Shown: positions 18,676-27,423, numbered from the stretch's first letter. The stretch: 64,000 bases of DNA from Anaerolineaceae bacterium (GCA_038562515.1 JBCFBG010000001.1:17310-81309), one strand, 5' to 3'. Numbers and translations are program-made. Notes: generated by a model not told the origin, from the sequence alone.

Positions 18676-20295
18676 ATGAAAAAGTTTCGGTCAATGGTTT
18701 TAATATCTAACGGCGAATCGAGCAAATCGAAAGGTTCTGAAGCCGTAATTGATGCCTTTCATCAGGCGATTGAGAAATATGACCTCGGTACTGAAGTCTA
18801 TGTGACCACCATTCCAGATTCAGTTAGCCAAAAAACACAACCCCTGGTAATTGTTTACCCGGAGGCTGTGGCATATGGTCCTGTACTCGAAGAAAATGTT
18901 GATTTCCTGGTCTCCGAGCACCTCTATAAAGGGCGGGTCGCGGAAACCTTGAAAATCAGTGACCCTTTCGAAATGAAGCGAATCTCCTGGTTGCTTCAAC
19001 GCAGCGGCACCATGCCAGCCGAAAACCGAATTGTTCTTGAGTATGTGGGCGTTATTGATCCCAACAGCATCAATGATTTTCTGACCCATGATGGTGGACA
19101 AGCATTTGCGACTGCCATGGAAATGGAGCCTCAGGCAATCATTGACACCATCAAAAAATCGGGGCTGCGTGGACGCGGTGGAGCAGGTTTTCCGACAGGC
19201 ATCAAATGGCAGGCTGTGAGGGATGCTCCTGGAGATAAGAAATACGTTGTCTGCAATGCCGATGAAAGCGAACCGGGCACCTTCAAAGATAGGGTCATTT
19301 TGGAGGGTAACCCCTTCTCCATGATCGAGGCCATGTTGATTGCGGGGTATGCCTGTGGAGCAGACGAAGGCTACATTTATATCCGGGGTGAATACATCGA
19401 CGCCCTTGAAAAAATAACCAACGCCCTCCAGGCTGCCAAAGAATTCGGCGTTCTGGGGAAAAACATTCTCAACACCGGCTTCAACTTCGACATCCATGTC
19501 CACTCAGGGGCTGGGGCTTACATTTGCGGCGAAGAGACTGCGCTGCTCGCGTCGATTGAAGGAAAACGAGGTGAACCCCGTTCAAAACCACCTTATCCAA
19601 CCACCAACGGGCTTTGGGGCAAACCAACATTAATTAACAATGTTGAAACACTCGGTAATATTCCGCCAATAATTCAAAATGGGGCGGATTGGTTCCGCGC
19701 ACAGGGAATGCCGTCCAGTCCAGGCACGAAGGTGTACACCATCCTGGGAAACGTAAACAAAACCGGTCTAATGGAAGTGCCCATGGGCATTACCTTGCGG
19801 GAAGTGATTGGGATCTATGGAAAAGGAATGAAGAGCGGGACCTTTAAATTCGCTCAAACGGGCGGCTCCAGTGGATCGATCATCCCTGCTATCCTGCAAG
19901 ACACACCCATGGACTTCGATTCCTACCGCAACGTTGGTGTCGCTCTGGGATCAGGCGCGCTGTTGATTTGCGATGACAGTAACTGTATCGTTGATTGTGT
20001 GCGGGTGCTGATGAAGTTTTTCAAAGTGGAGTCTTGTGGGAAGTGCGTGCCATGTCGTATTGGAACTGAACAAGCACTCGAAATAATGACAACCATTTCT
20101 GAAGGAAAAGGAACCATGGAGCAATTAGAACAGTTGGAATGGCTTCGGGCTGGCATGGAACAATTATCAAATTGCGGTCTGGGTCAAACTGCTGGAACGC
20201 CAATCAAAAACATGCTCGATCATTTTCGAGCTGAAGTGGAAGCCCATATAAAATTGGGCGTCTGTCCAGCTGGAGTATGCTCGATGGGAAAGTAA
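18676..20295 (+). CDS. NuoF-like FMN/NAD(H)-binding 4Fe-4S subunit (pair 1, no C-terminal ferredoxin domain)
   Basis: 539 aa. Motifs GRGGAGFPTGIKW, NADESEPGTFKDR, CGKCVPCRIGT...C. Cys-free N-terminal Trx-like extension. Confidence 0.9.
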   Translation: MKKFRSMVLISNGESSKSKGSEAVIDAFHQAIEKYDLGTEVYVTTIPDSVSQKTQPLVIVYPEAVAYGPVLEENVDFLVSEHLYKGRVAETLKISDPFEMKRISWLLQRSGTMPAENRIVLEYVGVIDPNSINDFLTHDGGQAFATAMEMEPQAIIDTIKKSGLRGRGGAGFPTGIKWQAVRDAPGDKKYVVCNADESEPGTFKDRVILEGNPFSMIEAMLIAGYACGADEGYIYIRGEYIDALEKITNALQAAKEFGVLGKNILNTGFNFDIHVHSGAGAYICGEETALLASIEGKRGEPRSKPPYPTTNGLWGKPTLINNVETLGNIPPIIQNGADWFRAQGMPSSPGTKVYTILGNVNKTGLMEVPMGITLREVIGIYGKGMKSGTFKFAQTGGSSGSIIPAILQDTPMDFDSYRNVGVALGSGALLICDDSNCIVDCVRVLMKFFKVESCGKCVPCRIGTEQALEIMTTISEGKGTMEQLEQLEWLRAGMEQLSNCGLGQTAGTPIKNMLDHFRAEVEAHIKLGVCPAGVCSMGK

Positions 20296-20363
20296 GTTAA
20301 GCGACCAGGAGTTTCAAAAAACATCGAGATAGCGTAATTTATTGAATACAATTTGTAATTTCG

Positions 20364-20392
20364 TTGACCAATATTGGGTTCAAGGTTACACT
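20364..20392 (+). promoter_or_regulatory. putative sigma70-type promoter of the second NuoE..FdhA operon
   Basis: TTGACC (20364-20369), 17-nt spacer, TACACT (20387-20392). Confidence 0.4.
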
Positions 20393-20394
20393 TA

Positions 20395-20412
20395 TTGTAA
20401 ATAATTTCACAA
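20395..20412 (+). promoter_or_regulatory. candidate Rex (redox-sensing repressor) operator
   Basis: TTGTAAATAATTTCACAA matches the Rex consensus TTGTGAA-N4-TTCACAA with one mismatch. It lies just downstream of the putative -10. Confidence 0.45.
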
Positions 20413-20449
20413 AGTAAGATCATGATTCTTACAAGGAGAAAAAACGACT

Positions 20450-20962
20450 ATGACGAGTACAACCCAGCCTATTGACCCACTTTACAACCCAAAACTGAGG
20501 CCAATTATCGACAAAATCATCGAGGATAACAGCGACCTCGACGGTGGACTTATGGTTGTTCTAAACAGCTTACAATCCAAAATTGGTTACCTTTCGGTTC
20601 CAATGCAAGAGTATGTTGCAGAACGCCTCAGCATCCCGGTCAGTAAAGTGCATGGCGTGGTTTCCTTTTACTCTTTCTTTACCACGGTTCCCCGCGGTAA
20701 ACATGTCATCAAGTTCTGTATTGGTACCGCTTGTTATGTTGGCGGTATCACCCAGATGCTTGACAAAGCCAAGCAAATGCTGGGGATCGGACCTGGTCAA
20801 ACTACCAGTGACGGTATGATCACCCTGGAAGTTTGCCGATGTGTTGGCGCTTGTAGCCAGGCACCCGTCGTTGTCGTTGACGAAGTCAATAACGGTCATA
20901 TGAAACCGACCAAGTTCACCAAAATCATCGAAAAAGTCCTTAGCGATGAGGCAGCAGCTTGA
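20450..20962 (+). CDS. NuoE/HydC/HndA-like 2Fe-2S subunit (pair 2)
   Basis: 170 aa with AAGGAGA RBS. Cys motifs CIGTAC...CVGACSQAP. Confidence 0.85.
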   Translation: MTSTTQPIDPLYNPKLRPIIDKIIEDNSDLDGGLMVVLNSLQSKIGYLSVPMQEYVAERLSIPVSKVHGVVSFYSFFTTVPRGKHVIKFCIGTACYVGGITQMLDKAKQMLGIGPGQTTSDGMITLEVCRCVGACSQAPVVVVDEVNNGHMKPTKFTKIIEKVLSDEAAA

Positions 20963-21537
20963 GAGAACTTGCCCTTCACATTCTGGATATCGCTGAAAAC
21001 GGCATTTCTGCCGGCGCAAGCCGGATTGAAATTCTGGTAAAGCAAGATAGCCTGAATGATGAGTTGTGGATTTCCGTGAAAGATAACGGTAAAGGTATGG
21101 ACAAAGAATTCCTTGCCAAAGTAATGAATCCTTTCGTCACCAGTCGCACCACCCGAAAAGTGGGACTGGGTATTCCATTGCTGAAACAGGCAGCAGAAGC
21201 TTGTAATGGCGGAATGACCATGATCTCCGAACCAGGAAAGGGCACAGAACTGACAGTGAAATTCCAGGATAGCCACATTGACCGCATGCCGTTGGGTAAC
21301 CTGGCAGACACCTTCTTAAGCCTGCTTTTGGGGACACCGGATGTAAACTGGGTGCTCGATTACCAGGTTAACGACCGGGTCTTCCATTTTGACGACAGCG
21401 AAGTTAAACAAGTGCTTGATGGAATGTCACTAACAGATTATCGAGTGATTGAGTATCTCACCAATACCATTCAAAACGGTATTAATGAATTAAATGAAAA
21501 TGCATTCAAACAAGGAGTGAATCATGCCCACAATTAA
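20959..21537 (+). CDS. single-domain GHKL ATPase (histidine-kinase-like ATPase)
   Basis: 192 aa. Motifs HILDIAENG, VKDNGKGM, GLGIPLL, GKGTEL. Its position between NuoE and the small ferredoxin matches HydABC-type clusters. Confidence 0.75.
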   Translation: MRELALHILDIAENGISAGASRIEILVKQDSLNDELWISVKDNGKGMDKEFLAKVMNPFVTSRTTRKVGLGIPLLKQAAEACNGGMTMISEPGKGTELTVKFQDSHIDRMPLGNLADTFLSLLLGTPDVNWVLDYQVNDRVFHFDDSEVKQVLDGMSLTDYRVIEYLTNTIQNGINELNENAFKQGVNHAHN

Positions 21538-21892
21538 TTCTATTGAAGACCTAAAAAGACTGCGCGAAGAAGCCCAAAAAATTAAAGAAATGCGTGACCA
21601 AACTGGCAAGACCCAGATCGTGGTTGGCATGGGTACCATTGGGATTGCTGCTGGTGCCCGCGAGACCTTGAAAGCCATCCTCACCGTGATTGAGGAAAAG
21701 AACCTGCCCGATGTCGTCTTGCGTCAGACCGGGAACCTCGGTCTCAGCGGACAGGACCCAGTTGTGAAAGTGATGCTTCCAAACCAGGATGAAGTAATCT
21801 ATGTAAAAGTCAATCCTGACATCGCGCGCAAAATTATGCAAGAGCATGTTATCGGTGGCAAAGTGGTCACTGATTATGTAATTAACGAGTAA
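21524..21892 (+). CDS. HndB / thioredoxin-like ferredoxin homologue lacking all cysteines
   Basis: 122 aa. Has GMGTIGIAAGA and QTGNLGLSGQDP where homologues have C-containing GTCGIAAGA / TGCxGxCxxxP. No Cys residue anywhere in the ORF. Confidence 0.7.
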   Translation: MPTINSIEDLKRLREEAQKIKEMRDQTGKTQIVVGMGTIGIAAGARETLKAILTVIEEKNLPDVVLRQTGNLGLSGQDPVVKVMLPNQDEVIYVKVNPDIARKIMQEHVIGGKVVTDYVINE

Positions 21893-21925
21893 AAAATATA
21901 GAAAGGTAAGAAAAGAGAATCCAAT

Positions 21926-23710
21926 ATGGCATATTATCGATCAACGATTCTTGTTTCGATGGATCCAATCTGTGTCGAGAAAGGCGCTCTCCAGATCAAA
22001 GAGCAGATTATCGAAGAGTTGAAACTGCAAAAAATCCTGGATGAAGTCGAAATTCTTGATAGTCCTCGAATTGGTGACCCCGAAACTGAAGGACCAGACA
22101 TTCTGGTTTATCCGGAAGGTAGCCACTACATCAGCCTGACACCTGAGAGCGTTCGCCCATTGGTAGTCGAACACTTCATCAAGGGACGTGAACTTGCGCA
22201 ATATAGTGCAAAAATGCGTGACCTCATGGATGAGGAGATCCGGGAACCTAAAGACAAAGAGGTGCGCATCATCCTGGAGAACATTGGCAAAATTGATCCC
22301 CGAAATATTGAGGATTATATTGCTACTGATGGTTACGCAGCTCTGGCAAAAGTCCTGACTGAGATGACCCCTGAAGATGTTATCCAGACTGTTCTGGATT
22401 CCAAATTACGAGGTCGTGGTGGCGCTGGTTTTCCAACTGGTTTGAAATGGAAATTTGCACGCCAGGCTCAAGGATCTCCAAAATTCATGGTCTGTAACGC
22501 AGACGAGGGAGACCCCGGCGCGTTTATGAATCGTAAAGTTTTGGAAGGCGACCCTCACTCGGTTATCGAAGGTATGGCTATCGGCGCTTATGCTGTTGGT
22601 TCCACACAAGGATACGTTTACTGTCGCGCGGAATATCCGATCGCGGTAAGTACGTTGAACATCGCCATTAAACAGGCGAAGGAATATGGTCTACTTGGTA
22701 AAAACATTCTGGGCACGGATTTTTCCTTCGATTTGGAAGTTCGTATGGGTGCAGGGGCTTTTGTGTGTGGTGAAGAAACTGCATTGATCGCCTCGATCGA
22801 AGGCAGTCGTGGTGAACCCCGCGTCCGCCCGCCATTCCCTGCCAGCAAGGGTCTTTGGGGCAAGCCTACCAATATTAACAATGTTGAAACTTATGCCAAT
22901 GTTCCAAAAATCATTCATCGTGGGTTGGAATGGTACACCAGCATGGGTTCTGAGAAGAGCAAGGGCACAAAAACCTTTGCGCTTGCAGGCGATGTTGCCC
23001 ATACCGGTCTGATTGAAGTGCCCTTTGGTATGACCTTACGCGAGATCATTTACGATATTGGTGGTGGCATCAAGAACGGTAAGGGATACAAAGCAGTCCA
23101 GACTGGCGGTCCCATGGGTGGCTGTTTACCTTCACAGTATCTTGATCTGGAAGTTGACTACGAAACACTGGGTGCTGCTGGCTCGATCATGGGCTCTGGT
23201 GGCATGATCGTCATGGATGAAGACACTTGCATGGTCGACATTGCCCGCTTCTTCATGGAATTTACGCAAGATGAGTCCTGCGGTAAATGTGTGCCCTGTC
23301 GCATTGGCACCCGGCAAATCCTTGAGATCCTCGAACGCATCTGCGCTGGTGAAGGGGTCCCAGGAGATATTGAAGAACTGCAGACACTCTGCGATGTGAT
23401 CAAGAAAAACAGTCTATGTGGTCTTGGTCAGGGCGCTCCTAATCCTGTGGTTTCCACACTTACACATTTCATGGACGAATATAAAGCCCATATTTATGAA
23501 AAACGCTGCCCTGCAAAGGTCTGTCGAAACCTGATCAAATACCACATCTCTGAAGAAAAATGCACTGGTTGTACTGTCTGTGCCCGAAACTGCCCGGTTA
23601 GTGCAATCACAGGTGAACGCAAGCTTACACACGTCATCAATCAAGATATCTGCATACGTTGCGGCATTTGCCAGCAGGTCTGTAATTTTGACGCTGTAGA
23701 GGTCAATTAG
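21926..23710 (+). CDS. HydB/HndC-type NuoF-like subunit with C-terminal 2x[4Fe-4S] domain (pair 2)
   Basis: 594 aa. Motifs GRGGAGFPTGLKW, NADEGDPGAF, CGKCVPCRIGT. C-terminal CTGCTVCARNCP and CIRCGICQQVC. Confidence 0.9.
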   Translation: MAYYRSTILVSMDPICVEKGALQIKEQIIEELKLQKILDEVEILDSPRIGDPETEGPDILVYPEGSHYISLTPESVRPLVVEHFIKGRELAQYSAKMRDLMDEEIREPKDKEVRIILENIGKIDPRNIEDYIATDGYAALAKVLTEMTPEDVIQTVLDSKLRGRGGAGFPTGLKWKFARQAQGSPKFMVCNADEGDPGAFMNRKVLEGDPHSVIEGMAIGAYAVGSTQGYVYCRAEYPIAVSTLNIAIKQAKEYGLLGKNILGTDFSFDLEVRMGAGAFVCGEETALIASIEGSRGEPRVRPPFPASKGLWGKPTNINNVETYANVPKIIHRGLEWYTSMGSEKSKGTKTFALAGDVAHTGLIEVPFGMTLREIIYDIGGGIKNGKGYKAVQTGGPMGGCLPSQYLDLEVDYETLGAAGSIMGSGGMIVMDEDTCMVDIARFFMEFTQDESCGKCVPCRIGTRQILEILERICAGEGVPGDIEELQTLCDVIKKNSLCGLGQGAPNPVVSTLTHFMDEYKAHIYEKRCPAKVCRNLIKYHISEEKCTGCTVCARNCPVSAITGERKLTHVINQDICIRCGICQQVCNFDAVEVN

Positions 23711-23740
23711 TTGAAAAATAATTTAGAAGAGGAAAAGAAA

Positions 23741-24580
23741 ATGGCAGAACCTATCGTTTCAGTTGATGATCTAACCCCGGCAGAAGTTGCTGCCAAGGCA
23801 GTGAATGTAGGCGTAAAGAAAGCCAGTTTGGAATTTTGGCCAATGTTTTTGCTTGCTCTTTACGGCGGCGCCTTCATTGCTTTTGGCGCTATCCTTGCCA
23901 CAACTGTAGGAACAAACGGAGCAGAATTCCCATTTGGTTTGAATTCACTGCTAAAAGGTTTGATCTTTACCGTTGGACTTGTACTGGTAATCGTAGCAGG
24001 CGCAGAACTTTTCACAGGCAACAATTTGATGATAATTGCTTTGCTGAGCAAGAAAATTACTCTGAAGCAAATGCTTCGGAATTGGGGTGTTGTTTACCTG
24101 GGCAACTTCGTCGGTTCAGTGATTGTTGCTGCTATCATGCTCCTGGCCAAACAATATACGTTTGCTGGTGGTGCAATCGGCAAAACAGTGCTGACAATTG
24201 CAAACGCAAAATCAGGACTGGGCTTGGGATCTGCCATCGGTTTAGGTATCATGTGCAATCTTCTGGTTTGTCTTGCGGTTTGGATGACCTTTTCCGCTCG
24301 CACCACTGCTGGGAAAATTGCTGCAATTATTCTTCCCATTTCCGCTTTCGTTGCCGCTGGGTTTGAACATAGCGTCGCAAACATGTACTTTATTCCAATG
24401 GGTCTTTTCGTTAAATGGTTTGACCCCAGCTTTACAGCCAACGCGGGTGAATTTGCAAATCTGTCGCTTGGTAATTTCTTCCTAAAGAATCTGATCCCAG
24501 TCACAATTGGCAATATCATTGGCGGCGCATTATTCATTGGTGCGGTCTATTGGATGATTTATCTCAAAAAAAGCAAGTAG
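23741..24580 (+). CDS. focA: formate/nitrite transporter family channel (FocA-like)
   Basis: FNT signatures AGAELFTGNN and GFEHSVANM; multi-pass membrane protein. ATG 23741 after GAGGAAAAG is preferred over TTG 23711. Confidence 0.8.
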   Translation: MAEPIVSVDDLTPAEVAAKAVNVGVKKASLEFWPMFLLALYGGAFIAFGAILATTVGTNGAEFPFGLNSLLKGLIFTVGLVLVIVAGAELFTGNNLMIIALLSKKITLKQMLRNWGVVYLGNFVGSVIVAAIMLLAKQYTFAGGAIGKTVLTIANAKSGLGLGSAIGLGIMCNLLVCLAVWMTFSARTTAGKIAAIILPISAFVAAGFEHSVANMYFIPMGLFVKWFDPSFTANAGEFANLSLGNFFLKNLIPVTIGNIIGGALFIGAVYWMIYLKKSK

Positions 24581-24646
24581 GTCTGAAGTAATTTTTGAAA
24601 GGAAAATGCGAAAAGTTGTGAGTTTTCACACCTAAAAGGAAATCAT

Positions 24647-27409
24647 ATGACAAAAATAACGATCAATGGCATTGAAATTGATGCGCAGCCTAATTGGACA
24701 ATTCTGCAAGCAGCACAGCACACTGGCATTACGATCCCAACACTGTGCAACCACAAAGATCTATCTCCTACTGGCGCATGCCGAATGTGCCTGGTGAATG
24801 TCAAAGGAGCGAGGGGATTGTTAACAGCCTGTACAACTCCCATCAACGAAGGGATGGAAGTTGAGACTGAGAACGCAGCCCTTACGTCTTCAAGGCAATT
24901 AGTACTTAAACTTTTATTGAGTGTCTATCACGATAATGGTTACAAACCCGATGAGACAGACAACGAACTGTTCAAACTGGCTCGCCAGTATGGTCTTGAC
25001 CCTCAAAAGTATATGTCGCCGAAACAACGCTACGAGATCGACCCCGATCCCAACCCATTCGTTTGGATTGACCGAAACAAGTGCATTTTATGTACTCGCT
25101 GCGTAAGAGCATGTTCCGAAGTTCAGGGTCGCTTTGTATGGGGCATCTCTGAAAGAGGTTTTGATGCCCACATTACAGCCGGTGTCGATGAAAATATGAT
25201 CGATGCCCGTTGTGAATCCTGTGGTGCTTGTGTGGCCTATTGCCCAACCGGCGCGCTTTCCTTGAAGCCAACCATCAATGTTGAAGCACCCGAGAAAAAA
25301 ATAACCACTACTTGTGCATATTGTGGTGTTGGTTGCCAATTTGATCTGAATGTCATCGATGACAAGGTCGTAAAAGTTACATCCAACCCACTTGCTCCCG
25401 CCAACGGAATGCACCTTTGTGTAAAAGGACGTTTCGGCTTCTCCTACATCCATCATGAGGATCGTCTCACCAAACCTTTGGTGCGGGATTACCTGCTGAA
25501 TGGTACCGAACGACCTTCAAAATCCGATCGCGGTAAGTGGGTTGAAACCGATTGGGATACAGCTCTCGATCTTGTTGCCAAAAAACTTGCCCAAACACGG
25601 GCCACCTTTGGTCCAGATAGCATCGGTGTGTTGTCTTCTGCCAAGTGCACCAATGAAGAAAACTACCTGATGAACAAATTTGCTCGCCAGGTGATTGGTA
25701 CGAATAACATTGACCACTGCGCGCGTCTCTGCCACGCCAGCACCGTCGCTGGTTTGGCGACTGCCCTTGGTTCAGGTGCTATGACCAACTCGATGCAGGA
25801 TGTTTACGAATCTGCTCAATCGATGCTCGTAATTGGTTCAAACACAACTGAACAGCATCCGGTATTTGGCGCCAAAATGCGTCAGGCTGTCTTGAATCGA
25901 AATGTCAAGTTGATTGTTGCGGACCCAAGAAAAATTGATCTTAGCGAATTTGCTACGATGCACCTTCAGCAAAAACCAGGCACCGATATTGCCTTGGTAA
26001 ATGGTTTGATGTACATCATCCTTGAAAAAGGCTATGAAAATAAGCAGTTCATCGAGGAACGTACTGAAAACTTTGAGACTTTGGTCGAAAACGTCAAGCA
26101 GTATCCCCCCGAGAAAGTCTCGCAGATCACAGGTATTCCAGTTGATCAACTTTATAAGGCAGTAGAAATCATTGTCAAGAACGCTCCCATGGCTGTTTTC
26201 TGGGCAATGGGCATCACCCAACATACCGTTGGTGTTCACAACGTATTTTCGCTTGCTGACTTACAAATGATGCTCGGAAACTTTGGCATTCCTGGCGGCG
26301 GAGTCAATCCGTTGCGTGGACAGAACAACGTACAGGGAGCCTGTGATATGGGCTGTCTTGTCAATGTTTACCCTGGCTATCAAGCGGTAACAGCTGAGGC
26401 TTCCCAACAAAAATTTGAAGCTGCCTGGGGCACCACTCTCTCGAATAAAATCGGAAAAACAGTTACCGAGATCATCCCGGAGGTACTTACAGGTGCCACC
26501 AAGGCGCTCTATATCCTTGGTGAAAACCCAATGATGACAGATCCCGATACCAACCACATCAGGCACTGCCTTGAAGAGTTGGATTTCATGATATTGCAGG
26601 AGATTTTTCCGTCTGAAACCTCAAAATTTGCCGATGTCCTTTTGCCTGGTGTCACTTTCGCTGAAAAAACCGGCACATTTACAAGTACTGAACGCCGAGT
26701 CCAAATGGTACGTGAGGCTATTACCCCCCGTGGTGAATCCAGAGTCGATTGGTCAATTACAGCCGACCTTGCAAAACGCGTCATTGCTGAAAGCGATCGC
26801 CAAATCAATGCAGCTCCTTATTCAGGTTGGGACTATGCTGATTCAGGTGAGATCATGGCAGAAGTGGCTGCTCTTACCCCCAGTTATGGTGGTATCTCGC
26901 ATGCCCGTTTGAATACTGGCGAAACACTTTGCTGGCCTTGCCCAGATTCAAATCATCCCGGCACACCCATCCTCCACATCGGCAAATTCACACGTGGCAA
27001 GGGCAATTTCATCCCAGCCATTCACCTGGATCCGTCTGAGCTTCCGAATGAGGAATACCCGGTCATGATGACCACCGGTCGTGTAATTTACCACTGGCAC
27101 AGTGGCGAGCAAACCCGTCGTGTTAAGGAACTGATGGAAATCTACGGCGAACCCCTTATTGAGGTTTCTCCCGAAGATGCTGTCCATCTTGGATTGAACG
27201 AGGAAGTCAATCATGTCAAATTGACATCACGCCGGGGTACCATTACTGCCCGGGCTTGGGTGACCAATCGCGTGCCCGAAGGTTTGATCTACGGTAACTT
27301 CCACTTCCCTGAAGCAAACGTAAACACCTTGACCAAAGCTGCTTTGGACCCAATTGCTAAAATTCCGGAGTACAAAGTTACAGCTGTCAGGATTGAAGCG
27401 GTAAGTTAA
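24647..27409 (+). CDS. fdhA: formate dehydrogenase catalytic subunit (bis-MGD, Cys-type) with NuoG-like N-terminal Fe-S domain
   Basis: 920 aa. N-terminal 2Fe-2S (C34, C45, C48, C62), two CxxCxxCxxxC motifs, CAYCGVGC MGD-domain cluster. Active site HCARLCH with TGC (Cys) at 25730-25732. No signal or Tat motif. Confidence 0.9.
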   Translation: MTKITINGIEIDAQPNWTILQAAQHTGITIPTLCNHKDLSPTGACRMCLVNVKGARGLLTACTTPINEGMEVETENAALTSSRQLVLKLLLSVYHDNGYKPDETDNELFKLARQYGLDPQKYMSPKQRYEIDPDPNPFVWIDRNKCILCTRCVRACSEVQGRFVWGISERGFDAHITAGVDENMIDARCESCGACVAYCPTGALSLKPTINVEAPEKKITTTCAYCGVGCQFDLNVIDDKVVKVTSNPLAPANGMHLCVKGRFGFSYIHHEDRLTKPLVRDYLLNGTERPSKSDRGKWVETDWDTALDLVAKKLAQTRATFGPDSIGVLSSAKCTNEENYLMNKFARQVIGTNNIDHCARLCHASTVAGLATALGSGAMTNSMQDVYESAQSMLVIGSNTTEQHPVFGAKMRQAVLNRNVKLIVADPRKIDLSEFATMHLQQKPGTDIALVNGLMYIILEKGYENKQFIEERTENFETLVENVKQYPPEKVSQITGIPVDQLYKAVEIIVKNAPMAVFWAMGITQHTVGVHNVFSLADLQMMLGNFGIPGGGVNPLRGQNNVQGACDMGCLVNVYPGYQAVTAEASQQKFEAAWGTTLSNKIGKTVTEIIPEVLTGATKALYILGENPMMTDPDTNHIRHCLEELDFMILQEIFPSETSKFADVLLPGVTFAEKTGTFTSTERRVQMVREAITPRGESRVDWSITADLAKRVIAESDRQINAAPYSGWDYADSGEIMAEVAALTPSYGGISHARLNTGETLCWPCPDSNHPGTPILHIGKFTRGKGNFIPAIHLDPSELPNEEYPVMMTTGRVIYHWHSGEQTRRVKELMEIYGEPLIEVSPEDAVHLGLNEEVNHVKLTSRRGTITARAWVTNRVPEGLIYGNFHFPEANVNTLTKAALDPIAKIPEYKVTAVRIEAVS

Positions 27410-27423
27410 TCGATTTTTACACT

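Noticed and set aside
18820-19503. 227-aa antisense ORF inside NuoF1, plus similar long antisense ORFs at 20570..21019, 25088..25456, 56281..56910 and 52224..52706
   Set aside because: Each lies opposite a gene with unambiguous family motifs and has no motif or RBS of its own. Such ORFs are typical antisense artefacts within real genes.
23836-24366. 176-aa plus-strand ORF rich in R/C/W
   Set aside because: It is an alternative frame inside the FNT channel gene, whose own frame carries the family signatures.
25730-25732. Possible selenocysteine (in-frame TGA) at the FdhA active site
   Set aside because: The codon in HCARL-C-H is TGC (Cys). The 920-codon ORF has no internal TGA, so no SECIS or recoding is needed.
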